Source: Craspedostauros australis (lineage: Eukaryota). From it: a DNA stretch of 20,000 bases. Where the stretch lies: the NCBI GenBank assembly GCA_030167865.1, contig JALAGF010004003.1, positions 107,823-127,822 on the forward strand. The letters are read 5' to 3'. Positions 8,675-19,017 of this stretch are shown one piece after another. Both the position numbers and the translations under genes were made by a program. The notes beneath the pieces were generated by a model. It saw only the letters and a program-made list of their open reading frames with translations, had not been told where the DNA came from and did no database searches. How positions within the stretch are numbered: position 1 is the first letter of the stretch; each line of letters begins with the position of its first letter.

Positions 8675-9217
8675 GACTCTCATGCGCAAAGACCAACTCA
8701 TTGGATTAGTACACGTAGAATACCCGTAGACAAATGCACGAGGAGCAGCACAGCTCACAGGGAATGACCGAGTGCTCTCTCCATCCAAGCATCGTCACAT
8801 CATCATCGCATCATCCGATGCTAACGCACCAACACAAAGGAACACATAGTTAGAGTAACATACCATTATAACACCATTTTGAATCTGACATCGCACTTAC
8901 AAACGACATGTCCACAAGAGAGTACTCTGTACATCACTGAACTATCGTGCATGGTGTATTCGTCGAGAACATCGGAAGAGGATGGCTGCGTGCAGAGGCC
9001 GCACACGCCGAATGGTGGACGCAAAGAACTCAACCCGAATGCCGCCCTCCGACGCTCTCTTACTCTGGAATAGACGAGAACAATGACACGCGCCCCTTGT
9101 GCACATCCAAACACAGCCACAAAAGAGGCTCCTGGCTGCGAAGTGCCAATGACAACCCGTCTGTCCTACTTGCCGTTTACGAGTACGTTTACGAGCACTC
9201 GCATTATATTATCAAGT

Positions 9218-12200
9218 TCAATTCTTCGCCACATTCCCTCGCAACTTCCACTCCGTCGAATTCCCCAACATGTACAGCTCTTGCAACTTGCGATCGAATT
9301 CACCTGCCTTCTTCCATTGCACCGCGATGTCGTACAATTCAAATGCTGCCATGGCATCTTCCACGGAATCATGGATGTCCTGCTGCATGTCACGTCCCAG
9401 CACGTGGTTGGCCAGAAATCGCAACGAGATGTACCGTTGCTTGGGTTGATGGAAGATCTCCACAGTGTCCAAGATCTGCGTCGGCGGGACGGCCAAATTA
9501 ACGATGGCAAAATCCTTGCGCAGACCGTGCCCCAGAAACAGCACGCCCTGTTCCAGCAGGTACCGGAGCTTGAGGTAAGCGCAGCGCGTGGAGATGAGGT
9601 TGTGCGTGGTGCGCGCTGGATCCAGATCCTGGGCGACGATGCCGCTGAAACGCGTCAGGTAATCCGCAACTGGTTCCCGTGGCAGGACGTAGTCGTCCAG
9701 GATCGGTTCACGGGTTTCGCAGTCGATCACGGAGATGCGCGCCAAGGCGTATCGCGTGTCGCGGATCACGATCTTCGAGCCGTCTCCAGTGAGGATGGAA
9801 TCCTCCTCTTGCACGGAAACAAACTCCGCATCAAACGCGACCAGTTTCCCTTTGCTGATGGACTTCGTGTCGAATGGCTTGATGGGAGGGCTGTTCTGTG
9901 CCAAGGAACGGACATTCATGATAGATGAAGGGACGTAGCAAGGCTTGTCCGAACGCTTCCTCGACTTATCTCTGCCGCCGCCACTGCCACCACCACCACC
10001 ACCACCACCGCTGGATGAAGAACTCTTTTCTTTTCCGACAGCTTCACCTATCTGGCGAAACACCACAAGGCATGGCTCCTTGAAGTCGTTCTTGAATATC
10101 CTCGCATCTTCCACCGGAGTTTTGGAAACCACGAAGCCATTGAACAGTACCCAATCGTCGTCCGGGTCTGAAGCTTGGCTTCCTCCGCCCCCATCACTGC
10201 CACCACTGCCACCACTACCGCTGCTGGTGTTGTGCATGCCTTTCGTCTCGTTTATGGCGGCAAGCGCTCGCTCGCATGCATCCGCACGATCACGGTACTC
10301 TTCACGTTCCGATTTGCCGACACCAAAGAATGCTACGTCGTTCGCTGCATCGAAGACGGCCATGCTGGCTGCCTCCGCTCGTTGGCGTGTCAATGCTCGC
10401 GCCTTGTACGCGTTGGAGATGCGCGTGTGGATCACGTGGTGGCCACCGTTCTCCTCATCCTCATCATCAGTTGCGTCGGTCGGAGCATCCCCAGTGTCAT
10501 TGCGCACGAAGGACAAGACGGAGTCCAAACGGTACTTGATCTTTTGTGCGCGGTTGGAATTACCGACCAGCTTTGTGACAGCCTTTGGGACCTTGCCGGT
10601 GCATTCGCGCCATGTCGGAGACTTGTCCGAGACGTCGTTGCCGCCGCTGACTTCTTCACGCACAACGACGTTGCCGTCTGGTTTGAGTTCCACCTCGATG
10701 ATTTCTGGCAACCACGGCGACTCTGCACCGCTTTGACGCCACATCCAAAGGCCATCTTCCTCCTTGCGCCCGGCACAGGAGCATGATATTGCCAGCACCT
10801 TTGGCAGGGACATGGCGATCTTGCGTTGCACGATGGTTTCGTATGATTTGGAGCTCTGATTCCACGCACGCAGACGGGTTTCACGACACAGCGCATGTCG
10901 CAAAACGTCAGCGAAATGGATCAACGGTCGAGGTTCCTCGGCTGTGAGGTGCTTTGAGAAGTATTCGTACGCCAAGTCCAACGTCATGGCACGCGTGGAA
11001 GATTTGTTCTTGTCTTTGGGCCCGCTGATGTTGATGAATTCGTTCGTACTGATAAAGTCAATGCCAAGGTGCGAATCGAAGAGCTTGAAAGATTTGGGAC
11101 ACTCCTTGTCGATCTGATACGCCAGAAAACGGAAGAATGCCTCGGGCCTTCTCGGAAAGTCCACGGCGGCAGGTGAACCATCCAGGATCTGGAGCTGCTC
11201 GGCTTCTGGCATCGTCATGAGCGAGGCAACAAAGTTGGTTGGCACGAACGCATCAATCGAAGCCTTGTGCTGTCTCTTTTGTCCACCCGCCGTTGCCATT
11301 GATGCCGGTCTCCGGGTGCTGGGTTTTTGCAGAAGGCCGTGCCCTGACAGGCTCTCTATCTGATGAAAGAGAAAGCCGAGTTCAGGCGAAAGACCTCTAT
11401 CGCTGCCCTTGCCAAACATCATCCTCTCATTGATTTGAGATGACAAGATGTACGTGCGAATTTCTGCGAAGAAGTAGAGCAGCAGTGCGATGGGCGCCGC
11501 GAACGCATTTGGCATCGTCGGTGAATAATCCCAGCCAGGGAACATGTTGGATGTGTTGAACTTGGAGGGACAGAATCCACCGGATGCCTTGAAATGGGGA
11601 CGCAGTTGCAAGCGATATCGTGGTGGGATAGTATCATCGAGCGACGATCCACTCGTGCGGTATCCTTTGAGCCGGCGTCGTTGATTCAGTCCATCCTCGT
11701 AACACAACGTCGACAGACCGTGGGCATGCAAGAGCTTGTTTGGATTTTGCAGACTCTCCTTGTGTTTCTTCCCCCTGTATCGCTTGGATGTCGTGACGTG
11801 GTTCGCCATCAGGGACACGCCCAGCTTTTCTGCTAAAATCGTCATGGTGAAGTCCGTGGATTCGGGCACGGCTTCTTGGATCAGGCTCTTGGCCACATTG
11901 CGACGACCCGTCTGCGTGATTGGTCGGCGTCCCAAAATGCCAAACGTCGACGATGATTCCTCCACAGTGTTGCCAATGAACGTGAGCTTTGGAGACTTTT
12001 GCAAAACGTACATGCCAAACACGGACTTCATGCGTTCGGTGGTGCCGTTGCGGACGCCAGGATCGAACTTGTTCAACAGCAGAGTGGGATCCAATGACAC
12101 TTTGGGCATGGGCAGTGCGTACGGTGGCACGGGAAGCGGCAGCTTCGTCGTGCTGGGTGGAACACAGCCAGGTGTGCCTGCTGTTGAAGATCCTGGCTGC

Positions 12201-13918
12201 TGGGGACGCAGCGACGATGAATACGTGCTCAGTTTGGCGGAGGCGTGCATCGTCGTAGTGGGCAGATCTGCGTCAGCAGAATCTTCGTATCCGGACATTC
12301 GGAACTGTAGCACTCTGCCCGTGGTGGTGCCGACGGCAAGGTCACCGCCAGCGCATGTCAGGGCGCTCATGGTCTCTCCTGATTGCAACGCCGGCATGAA
12401 GAATGTGCTCGAATCACCCTTGGCATCGAATGGCACCAGGACTTGCAGGCCGCCACCTGGCTGTCCACTGGCGATGGCGAGGCGGTTGGATGGCAGGTTC
12501 TTCATGTCCGGCAGGAAAGAGCAGAAGCGAGGTCCACCCTGGACCCCGGAGAAGGAATGTGACACGCCTCCTCGACCAAGGATGCGGATGTCGTATATTT
12601 TGATGGTTGGATCTGGGAAGGAGTACAGCGAGGAGGTCTCCTTCGTCCGGCTCGGGCGCGATCCATAACCTGCCGTTGCCACCAGCATGCCATCGGCTGA
12701 GACGGACATGGAGGAAACGCCACCCGTGTGCGATTTGATGGTGGCCATCTCACGCAAGGAGTCGTCCATCACTCGGATGTTGCCATCGGAACAGCCTGCG
12801 ATAACGGCACGTCGCTCCTGACTGGTCGCCATGACGGTGACGCCCAGCTTGGAGTTTGAGCGGCTGTCATGGAAACTACGCGATGACACTACGCGCAGTC
12901 CGTGCCAGATATCGATGCAATGCATCTCGTGACGGTTGTAGTGCGCGTTGCCACATGGGATGCCCCCGACGGTAAGATGGGTCGGGATAGTGGATCCCTC
13001 CGAGTACGGGTGGATGGTGCCCGACATCATGCCTCTCATATCCTGGTCATGCAACTGCAAACCTCCATGCGAATGGACGCGCACCGCGGAGGGCGAGACG
13101 CTACCGACGTAACCTTCTCCCAATGGGAGCAAAGTGGTGATGCCAATATGCCCCTCCTTGATGGCACTGCTGGTGGATGGCAGCGTCATTGTTTGCTCCA
13201 CGTTGCAACCACCGTAAGGTGGGCGGTAGGCATGCGATGGGATGCTCATGTGAGTTGGTGGCACCGGGATTGTTTTTGGGACACCGTACATGCATTCATA
13301 CACCTGCTGGAGGACGCTGGACGCGGCCTCGGGGTGCCCGGCCACGCTGCTGTACATCATGCCGTCGATGGTGGAGTGCGTGACGAGCACCGACGCACCA
13401 TGACTGCGCCACCTGCTGGTGGACATGGATTGCGTTGTGGATGCAACGAACATAGCCTGGTGCGCCGAATCATAAGCGAGCGAGTTGACGGGGAAGCCGA
13501 ATATGCGTGGGATGATCTCTCCGTTGGGATAGAATGATCCTGGGGACGCCGTCTCCATAGGAGATTGGACTGGTATGTCATTGTGCATGTAAGATGATGG
13601 ATCGTTCCACGTCCCGTCTGCTCCATTTGCGTATGCATCAAACGAAGCTACGCCAGTTGCTCCATAGAACGCACCATCTGGTGGCATGCTATTGCCGTAC
13701 CCGTACGAAGAAGCAGCGCCAGTTGCGGCAACGGCGTCGTTGGCGGTGGGTGGATAGAATTCGGCGGGGTGTCCATGTCCATGTCCGTGCCCATGCTGTT
13801 GATGATGAACGGCAGGCGTGGAAGACGATGGCGCTGGGTATTGGGCCTGTCGATTTGGATCGTAGTAGCCTGCGGAGGCAGATCCAGACATGGGCTGGAA
13901 GGAATGATTGTGGCTCAT
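9218..13918 (-). CDS. PAN2: PAN2 poly(A)-specific ribonuclease catalytic subunit (WD40, pseudo-UCH and DEDD exonuclease), 1566 aa, single exon
   Basis: WD40 region (HTGGVSSMSVSADGMLVATAGYG...PDPTIKIYDIR), UCH-like domain lacking the catalytic Cys (PNAFAAPIALLLYF; ELGFLFHQ; WVLFNGFVV), and C-terminal DEDD nuclease (LVAFDAEFV, LARISVID, DYLTRFSGI, FLGHGLRKDF, DTVEIF, ISLRFLA, HDSVEDA). Confidence 0.95.
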   Translation of the reverse strand: MSHNHSFQPMSGSASAGYYDPNRQAQYPAPSSSTPAVHHQQHGHGHGHGHPAEFYPPTANDAVAATGAASSYGYGNSMPPDGAFYGATGVASFDAYANGADGTWNDPSSYMHNDIPVQSPMETASPGSFYPNGEIIPRIFGFPVNSLAYDSAHQAMFVASTTQSMSTSRWRSHGASVLVTHSTIDGMMYSSVAGHPEAASSVLQQVYECMYGVPKTIPVPPTHMSIPSHAYRPPYGGCNVEQTMTLPSTSSAIKEGHIGITTLLPLGEGYVGSVSPSAVRVHSHGGLQLHDQDMRGMMSGTIHPYSEGSTIPTHLTVGGIPCGNAHYNRHEMHCIDIWHGLRVVSSRSFHDSRSNSKLGVTVMATSQERRAVIAGCSDGNIRVMDDSLREMATIKSHTGGVSSMSVSADGMLVATAGYGSRPSRTKETSSLYSFPDPTIKIYDIRILGRGGVSHSFSGVQGGPRFCSFLPDMKNLPSNRLAIASGQPGGGLQVLVPFDAKGDSSTFFMPALQSGETMSALTCAGGDLAVGTTTGRVLQFRMSGYEDSADADLPTTTMHASAKLSTYSSSLRPQQPGSSTAGTPGCVPPSTTKLPLPVPPYALPMPKVSLDPTLLLNKFDPGVRNGTTERMKSVFGMYVLQKSPKLTFIGNTVEESSSTFGILGRRPITQTGRRNVAKSLIQEAVPESTDFTMTILAEKLGVSLMANHVTTSKRYRGKKHKESLQNPNKLLHAHGLSTLCYEDGLNQRRRLKGYRTSGSSLDDTIPPRYRLQLRPHFKASGGFCPSKFNTSNMFPGWDYSPTMPNAFAAPIALLLYFFAEIRTYILSSQINERMMFGKGSDRGLSPELGFLFHQIESLSGHGLLQKPSTRRPASMATAGGQKRQHKASIDAFVPTNFVASLMTMPEAEQLQILDGSPAAVDFPRRPEAFFRFLAYQIDKECPKSFKLFDSHLGIDFISTNEFINISGPKDKNKSSTRAMTLDLAYEYFSKHLTAEEPRPLIHFADVLRHALCRETRLRAWNQSSKSYETIVQRKIAMSLPKVLAISCSCAGRKEEDGLWMWRQSGAESPWLPEIIEVELKPDGNVVVREEVSGGNDVSDKSPTWRECTGKVPKAVTKLVGNSNRAQKIKYRLDSVLSFVRNDTGDAPTDATDDEDEENGGHHVIHTRISNAYKARALTRQRAEAASMAVFDAANDVAFFGVGKSEREEYRDRADACERALAAINETKGMHNTSSGSGGSGGSDGGGGSQASDPDDDWVLFNGFVVSKTPVEDARIFKNDFKEPCLVVFRQIGEAVGKEKSSSSSGGGGGGGGSGGGRDKSRKRSDKPCYVPSSIMNVRSLAQNSPPIKPFDTKSISKGKLVAFDAEFVSVQEEDSILTGDGSKIVIRDTRYALARISVIDCETREPILDDYVLPREPVADYLTRFSGIVAQDLDPARTTHNLISTRCAYLKLRYLLEQGVLFLGHGLRKDFAIVNLAVPPTQILDTVEIFHQPKQRYISLRFLANHVLGRDMQQDIHDSVEDAMAAFELYDIAVQWKKAGEFDRKLQELYMLGNSTEWKLRGNVAKN

Positions 13919-14337
13919 CCTGTCTCACATGCGATGCTCACTGCTCCCAATCGTGCTTGTACTTTCGGATACTGCGACGAGAATGCCACCGTCTAGCGCA
14001 ATGGGATGTTGCGGTCGACAACGCGACGATATCTGAGGGAAGAAAGAACCAAAATGCACAAATAAACAAAGAAAGGTGGAGAGACAGAGGGTGCGCGCGG
14101 TGTCCTCTAGTGCTGTTCTCTTGGCTGCATCCGCTGCCGTCCGCGTTTTTCTTGTGAGGGATGCCTGTGCTCGTGGCGCAGAGTAGAGTAGCTCGTAATC
14201 TCCAAGGAATTCCACGGGATACTCGCTGTTTTGAGAGATTCAGAGATCACGAGAGATCCGTTGCTACTATATGTCTGCCTGCTCAGTGCGTGGGGAGTCC
14301 GAAGATGATGCTCGATGCAGCGCACGATACTCCACAA

Positions 14338-14356
14338 AGAGAGAGAGAGAGAGAGA
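14338..14356. repeat. (AG)9 microsatellite upstream of PAN2
   Basis: Read directly from the sequence. Confidence 0.85.
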
Positions 14357-14808
14357 ATGTTGGGTGATGGAAACTCTGTCAGGTTTCTCGGATCAATCGA
14401 TCAGTTGATGTGCAAAAATGATGGGCAAAAGACACGTGCGAAGAAATTGAGCGTCGCCAAAGATTCTGGGTTGTAGTTGTTCCTGTCGAAAGGATCATGT
14501 CAGCTCAACAAGACAGGAAGGTGGGAGGTTGGTTGAAGTTTCTGCGACGCGTGGCTTGTGTGCGAAGTGACCGCCACAGAACCGGCGCAGGAACTTCGGA
14601 CGCATCTACTCGTGCGAGCTACACACGAGCCACCATACTCCATCCTTAGTTCCCCTGATGGCAGCATACACACTTCCTTTTGGTATTGAATCGTCTCGAT
14701 TGCTCGTAGAGATCATCTCTCTAGAGCAATCTACCACACTTTTATAGAGTATGTTCATGTTTATCTGAATTGTAGATACGGCGAGTAGCGCCGGCGCATC
14801 CAAACGTA

Positions 14809-16914
14809 TCATCTCCTGGTCGCCCTGTTCGGATTGTCTTGTATTGTGGGAGCTCCTGATGTCAATTGCTGCGGCGGTAACGGTGGCGGCATCATGGATT
14901 CCAAGATATGCTCTGTAAAGTCCTCCGAGGCGGTATGCGTGGGTGGATGCGCAACCACAAATAGGTCCTTCGTTGGCTTCCACACCGTCGAACTGGCATG
15001 GACTTCCAACACGATCGATGCTGGTGACGGTATCTGCGACCCCAACACAGTCGCGTTCGCGGCCATGAGTACATTCATCTTGCGATCAACGTTTGAGCGC
15101 AACGCATCCCATTTGTTCAGTCGTCGGACAAGGGCCATGTTCGTGCTCTCATCTACCAGCAGGACAGTGCCGAGGGTACCAGATGTCGATCTGCCGTTGG
15201 AGTTGGTAGGCCTGTCTCTCCTCCTGTTCTGGCGATGCTGATGATTGCTGTTGTAGCTTCCGTGATCGTGACCGTGACTATGACCGTTGAATTTCATTTT
15301 CCTACCTGCCTTGTCTGCTGTCTCGGGCTGGTGTGCTGGTGGGTGGCTGTCCGCATTAATGTTCATGTCTGCATCCCCATCATCGCTGCCCTCTAGGTTG
15401 AACCAAACAACAGTGCAGTGTGGAAGGATGTTTTGAGGTTGCCAGTCGACTCGCGATGATGACGCTGAAGCTGCCCCAGCGAAATCATTTGTCGCGCCGC
15501 CATGACCATGATCATGGCCATTGCCATTGCCATCGGCGCCGTTGCCAATTCCCGCAGCCAGCGCATGATACTTGTGTGATGGAGGTGGCAGTTGTGCTCG
15601 GACGGTGATGCCATCAATTTGCGTGACTCTTGCGTTGCCATTCCCGCGCGAACCTGCATTTCGTCGGCGTTTTCTGCTTCTGCTGGAAGTTTGGGAGGCG
15701 CTCGATTCTGCCTCGTCTCTGTCCTGAACGATGGAAAAGGCCGATCCCCAACCGTTGGCAATGTGCGTCGTTCTTTGACTTCCAGCTGCTGCTGCTGCCG
15801 CCGCCGCCGCTGCTACTGGCATGGCTTGAGGTCCGTCACCTGCCCCATCTCCTGAAGCGTGATCGCGAGCGCTATCCTCAACATCAATCTTGTAACGTGA
15901 TCTTTTGCGCTGCTCGATGACAATACCATCAAGAACTTCGATTTCAACGTCAGAGTTGACATCTTCGAGTCTGTCAGCACAGTTGTGGCAAAACCAGTCC
16001 CCTTCTGGCACACTGTCAAGCGGTGGGCGCAGACAGTAGAGATGGAACAGTTTGTCGCAACCATCGCAGAAGAGCATGTTGTCTCCATTGTACCGTGAAC
16101 GGCAGATCTCACAAAAATGGTCCGTCATGAGTCCAGCCGCCGCTATCGCTTCTTCTGTTGCAGCGGCCGCATCATGTTGGTCATGAATGTGTCCGTTAGG
16201 ATGCTTGGCGCCAGTGTGGTGGTCGTGTCCATTGTGGTCGTCGTAGTTCTTCTGCTCGCCAGTTCTGTCTTCGCCATCGCCATTAGCAACACTGTCATCG
16301 TCGTCGTCGTCGTCATCATCGTGGCCGTTGGGCTTCTTGCGCACGGTTATCGAGAACGGATCGGTCTTGTGAAAAATGGATTGCAATTCGCGCATCACGC
16401 CCTGAGATTTGACAGCATCCACCAGCTCCGAGGCTTGATCATCATTGACATGCGCGCATTCGATTTCGTAGTGTCCATAATCTCCACAGATCGTGCACTT
16501 GCGGAACAGCACCGGGACAGTCTGGAACAGTAGTCTTTGCTGGCTCAATGCATTGGGAGGTAGCATTGATGCGTCCCCTTGCGGTGCCAAGGAAGAAGCA
16601 GATGTGCCGTTCTCAGTTGCGCCATGTGACGCTGCGGCATTGTTGGTAGCGGCGGCAGTGGGGATGAATTCATTTTTTGCCCATCGTGTGATCGCTGTGA
16701 TGGAGCACTCGTTGTACTCCAATCCGAATGGTTGCAAAGGCTGATGCTGCGACTCGCGCTGACTATGTGTGGACGGCTCACCTTCTTCTTTTCTTCCTCC
16801 TCCTTTTTCTTCAGCTTGATCGTGATTCTGATCTTGACCATTCTGTTGTTGACCATTCTGTTGCGTTTGCTTTGCACTCCGTTCGTTTTGTGCCCGTTGC
16901 GGTTGTGTCGATGT
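14809..16914 (-). CDS. CCHC zinc-knuckle and PHD-finger chromatin-associated protein; main exon shown, 5' end unresolved
   Basis: Knuckle CTICGDYGHYEIEC (C-x2-C-x4-H-x4-C) and canonical PHD CEIC...MLFCDGCDKLFHLYCLRPPLDSVPEGDWFCHNC, plus an NLS-like RSRKRRR. The frame stays open upstream of the track's TTG start to 16914 with no ATG, and is preceded by a pyrimidine-rich CTCTTTCCAAGTAG acceptor-like site. The first in-frame ATG is at 16566. Confidence 0.82.
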   Translation of the reverse strand, partial: TSTQPQRAQNERSAKQTQQNGQQQNGQDQNHDQAEEKGGGRKEEGEPSTHSQRESQHQPLQPFGLEYNECSITAITRWAKNEFIPTAAATNNAAASHGATENGTSASSLAPQGDASMLPPNALSQQRLLFQTVPVLFRKCTICGDYGHYEIECAHVNDDQASELVDAVKSQGVMRELQSIFHKTDPFSITVRKKPNGHDDDDDDDDDSVANGDGEDRTGEQKNYDDHNGHDHHTGAKHPNGHIHDQHDAAAATEEAIAAAGLMTDHFCEICRSRYNGDNMLFCDGCDKLFHLYCLRPPLDSVPEGDWFCHNCADRLEDVNSDVEIEVLDGIVIEQRKRSRYKIDVEDSARDHASGDGAGDGPQAMPVAAAAAAAAAAGSQRTTHIANGWGSAFSIVQDRDEAESSASQTSSRSRKRRRNAGSRGNGNARVTQIDGITVRAQLPPPSHKYHALAAGIGNGADGNGNGHDHGHGGATNDFAGAASASSSRVDWQPQNILPHCTVVWFNLEGSDDGDADMNINADSHPPAHQPETADKAGRKMKFNGHSHGHDHGSYNSNHQHRQNRRRDRPTNSNGRSTSGTLGTVLLVDESTNMALVRRLNKWDALRSNVDRKMNVLMAANATVLGSQIPSPASIVLEVHASSTVWKPTKDLFVVAHPPTHTASEDFTEHILESMMPPPLPPQQLTSGAPTIQDNPNRATRR

Positions 16915-18074
16915 CTACTTGGAAAGAGTCAAGTGATTGAGATAGATTGAGATGGATTGTATTGAATTGCATTGAATTGCATCCGATTACATGGTATTGA
17001 TGCCAACGAACCACGGTGGCATGATCACGGATATTCCATGCAATTCCGGAACGAAGATGCGTCAAGAAGAAAAAAGAGAAGGGTGAATGAGTGGGAACAG
17101 CCTCGACTCTGAGTATCACATGCAATAATTGATGGTGGTCACACTGATAGATGTCCAAGCACTAGCATCTCATCTCCGTCCTCGTTTCCATTCATCGTCG
17201 ACTCGAACTCGCGCTTGTTTAGCAGCAAGAGGAGAAGCGAACGAATAGATCGATAGCGAAGCCAATCGCCAGCTCAGGAGGGTGGAAGACCGAACTCATC
17301 AGGCCTGCCTGATATGCTCAAAAACAGTGGAACGCCACTTGACGGAATGGAAACGCTCATCGCAATGCAGCATCCACTTCTTCCCATCGACATGTGGGCT
17401 CACCTGGCCGACCAAGGATGCGGTCCCCCTCCGACTCTGTTGAAGCGTGTGAGGCTCGTTGGACGCAGCGGATGACATGCTGGCGCCCCCCTTCCCTTGC
17501 GTCGATGCTCCCAAGTTGAAATCAAGCCTCACGATCGGATGAGATCTGCGAATCTATCTCTGTTCACAGTCTCGCATCCAACCCTCCACCTGCATGAACA
17601 TCGTACTCCCGCGCTTCTAGTCTCTGTGTCATTGAGTTTTGCGTCGGGATGGCCGGAATTGGCGACCTTGTCTGGTGTTTTTGTGCCTTTGGCTCTCTGT
17701 GCATGATTTCCTTGTGTTGTTTTCGCAGAGAGTTTGTGGTGAGAGTTAGGTCTACGGTAGATGGATAATTCTATTTTTCACGAAATATCTCCCATTCAGT
17801 ATTGTATTACGTGACTGATGTACTGAAGAAAACAGAGTATTGCGGAGAAGTAGTCCTGTTCAAACGAACTCAAACGAGCACCACCAAGACAACACCCAAT
17901 CACGCAACACGGACTCACTGCACAGAGAGTCGGAAACATCCTGATTGGGGCGATCATCAGTCATCTTCTCATAGTCGTCGAGTACTAACACGATTACGAT
18001 TACGAGTACGAGCACGAGTATCAACAACATCAACATCGACACTCGCACACTCACGCGGACACACAAACACTTCC

Positions 18075-18977
18075 ATGACTTCCAACCAAGTACATTCTGG
18101 CACCCAACAGGCCGACGAAGATGTTATCGTTGCGGGAGACGATGATGTGACTCAAGGCTCCGCTCAAACCCCGAACGGGATTGCTGCCACCACCTCCAAC
18201 GCAGCCAACAATGACACTGATGGTATCAGAGGCAACAGCAATAGCAACAGTAATATCGGCATGAACAATGGCATCAACAGCGCCATGAATCCCTCCGGCT
18301 ACATGCCGCAAACACCGTTCGGAAGCCCCTACGGCACCAACCCCATGATGATGGGAATGTACGGTGCCGGTGGCATGTACGGTGCCGGTGGCATGATGAT
18401 GCCCATGATGGGACCGCTGGGTGGATTGCAACAGGCCTTGTTTGGGGTTCAGAACATTATCTTCTCCATCGGCCAGGCCGTCCAGATCTTGGGCACGAAC
18501 CACCAGGCCTTTCACCAGATCATCGATTCATCGTTGCAGATGTTCGATGCAGCGATCGTCACGTTTCAAGAAATGAGGTCGCTGGATGTGGATGGGGACA
18601 AACACAAACGACGCATGACTGCGCAGGAAAAGGAGGAACTGCAGCGCAAGCGTCGACGATTGAAGACGATGCGGTGGGTCATGATCACAGCGTCGACGTG
18701 GTTGATGTACAAGTTCGTGCGTCGCGTGCTGCAAATGATCCAAGATGGCCGACAGCGGCGCAGGATGATGAGACGGATGGTCGGATACGACGGAGCGATG
18801 CAATTGCCGAACGCGCAGCATTATCAGCAACCGTATGGAATGAATGGCTATGGAGGGAGCGGCAGCGGGTACGCCGCGGGAGGAGCGATGATGCCGTACG
18901 GCTCCTCCGGTATGCAAGGGGGTTACCCGTCATCGTACTCGCCATACTCCAGCTCGTACGGGGCGTCATACTTCTAA
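18075..18977 (+). CDS. PEX13: Peroxin-13-like peroxisomal membrane protein, plant type without SH3, 300 aa
   Basis: A G/Y/M-rich low-complexity N-terminal region is followed by an amphipathic helix LFGVQNIIFSIGQAVQILGTNHQAFHQIIDSSLQMFD, which from memory resembles the plant PEX13 core N-x-QAFH-x6-LQ-x-FD. Then come a basic stretch, a membrane segment WVMITASTWLMYKFV and a YG-rich tail. The ATG at 18075 follows a CA-rich leader. Confidence 0.72.
   Translation: MTSNQVHSGTQQADEDVIVAGDDDVTQGSAQTPNGIAATTSNAANNDTDGIRGNSNSNSNIGMNNGINSAMNPSGYMPQTPFGSPYGTNPMMMGMYGAGGMYGAGGMMMPMMGPLGGLQQALFGVQNIIFSIGQAVQILGTNHQAFHQIIDSSLQMFDAAIVTFQEMRSLDVDGDKHKRRMTAQEKEELQRKRRRLKTMRWVMITASTWLMYKFVRRVLQMIQDGRQRRRMMRRMVGYDGAMQLPNAQHYQQPYGMNGYGGSGSGYAAGGAMMPYGSSGMQGGYPSSYSPYSSSYGASYF
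18357..18392 (+). repeat. Exact in-frame 18-nt tandem duplication (ATGTACGGTGCCGGTGGC)2 encoding MYGAGG twice
   Basis: Read directly from the sequence. Confidence 0.85.
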
Positions 18978-18990
18978 TGAAGGGCATCTC

Positions 18991-19017
18991 GAGAGAGAGA
19001 GAGAGAGAGAGAGAGAG
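18991..19017. repeat. (GA)13 microsatellite just after the PEX13 stop
   Basis: Read directly from the sequence. Confidence 0.9.

Noticed and set aside
9083..13641. Long antisense and alternate-frame ORFs over PAN2 (for example 9083-9928, 9945-10736, 11736-12668); similar ones lie over PAH and Kir
   Set aside because: These are shadow ORFs caused by the codon bias of the real genes and have no recognisable motifs.
16741..16781. GTGAGC...CAG mini-intron joining the KKKEEEEKKK ORF to the PHD gene
   Set aside because: It is only 41 nt long, and the PHD frame is already open through this region.
17270..17365. Minus-strand CTGATGAG suggesting a hammerhead ribozyme or a C/D-box snoRNA
   Set aside because: There is no GAAA after a stem II, so it is not a hammerhead. 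The C box is imperfect, there is no terminal stem, and the short rRNA-like match TTCCGTCAA is not positioned before a D or D' box.
17802..18074. TTG-initiated 91-aa extension of the PEX13 ORF
   Set aside because: It has a non-ATG start and runs through low-complexity CA-rich leader sequence. The ATG at 18075 is the plausible start.
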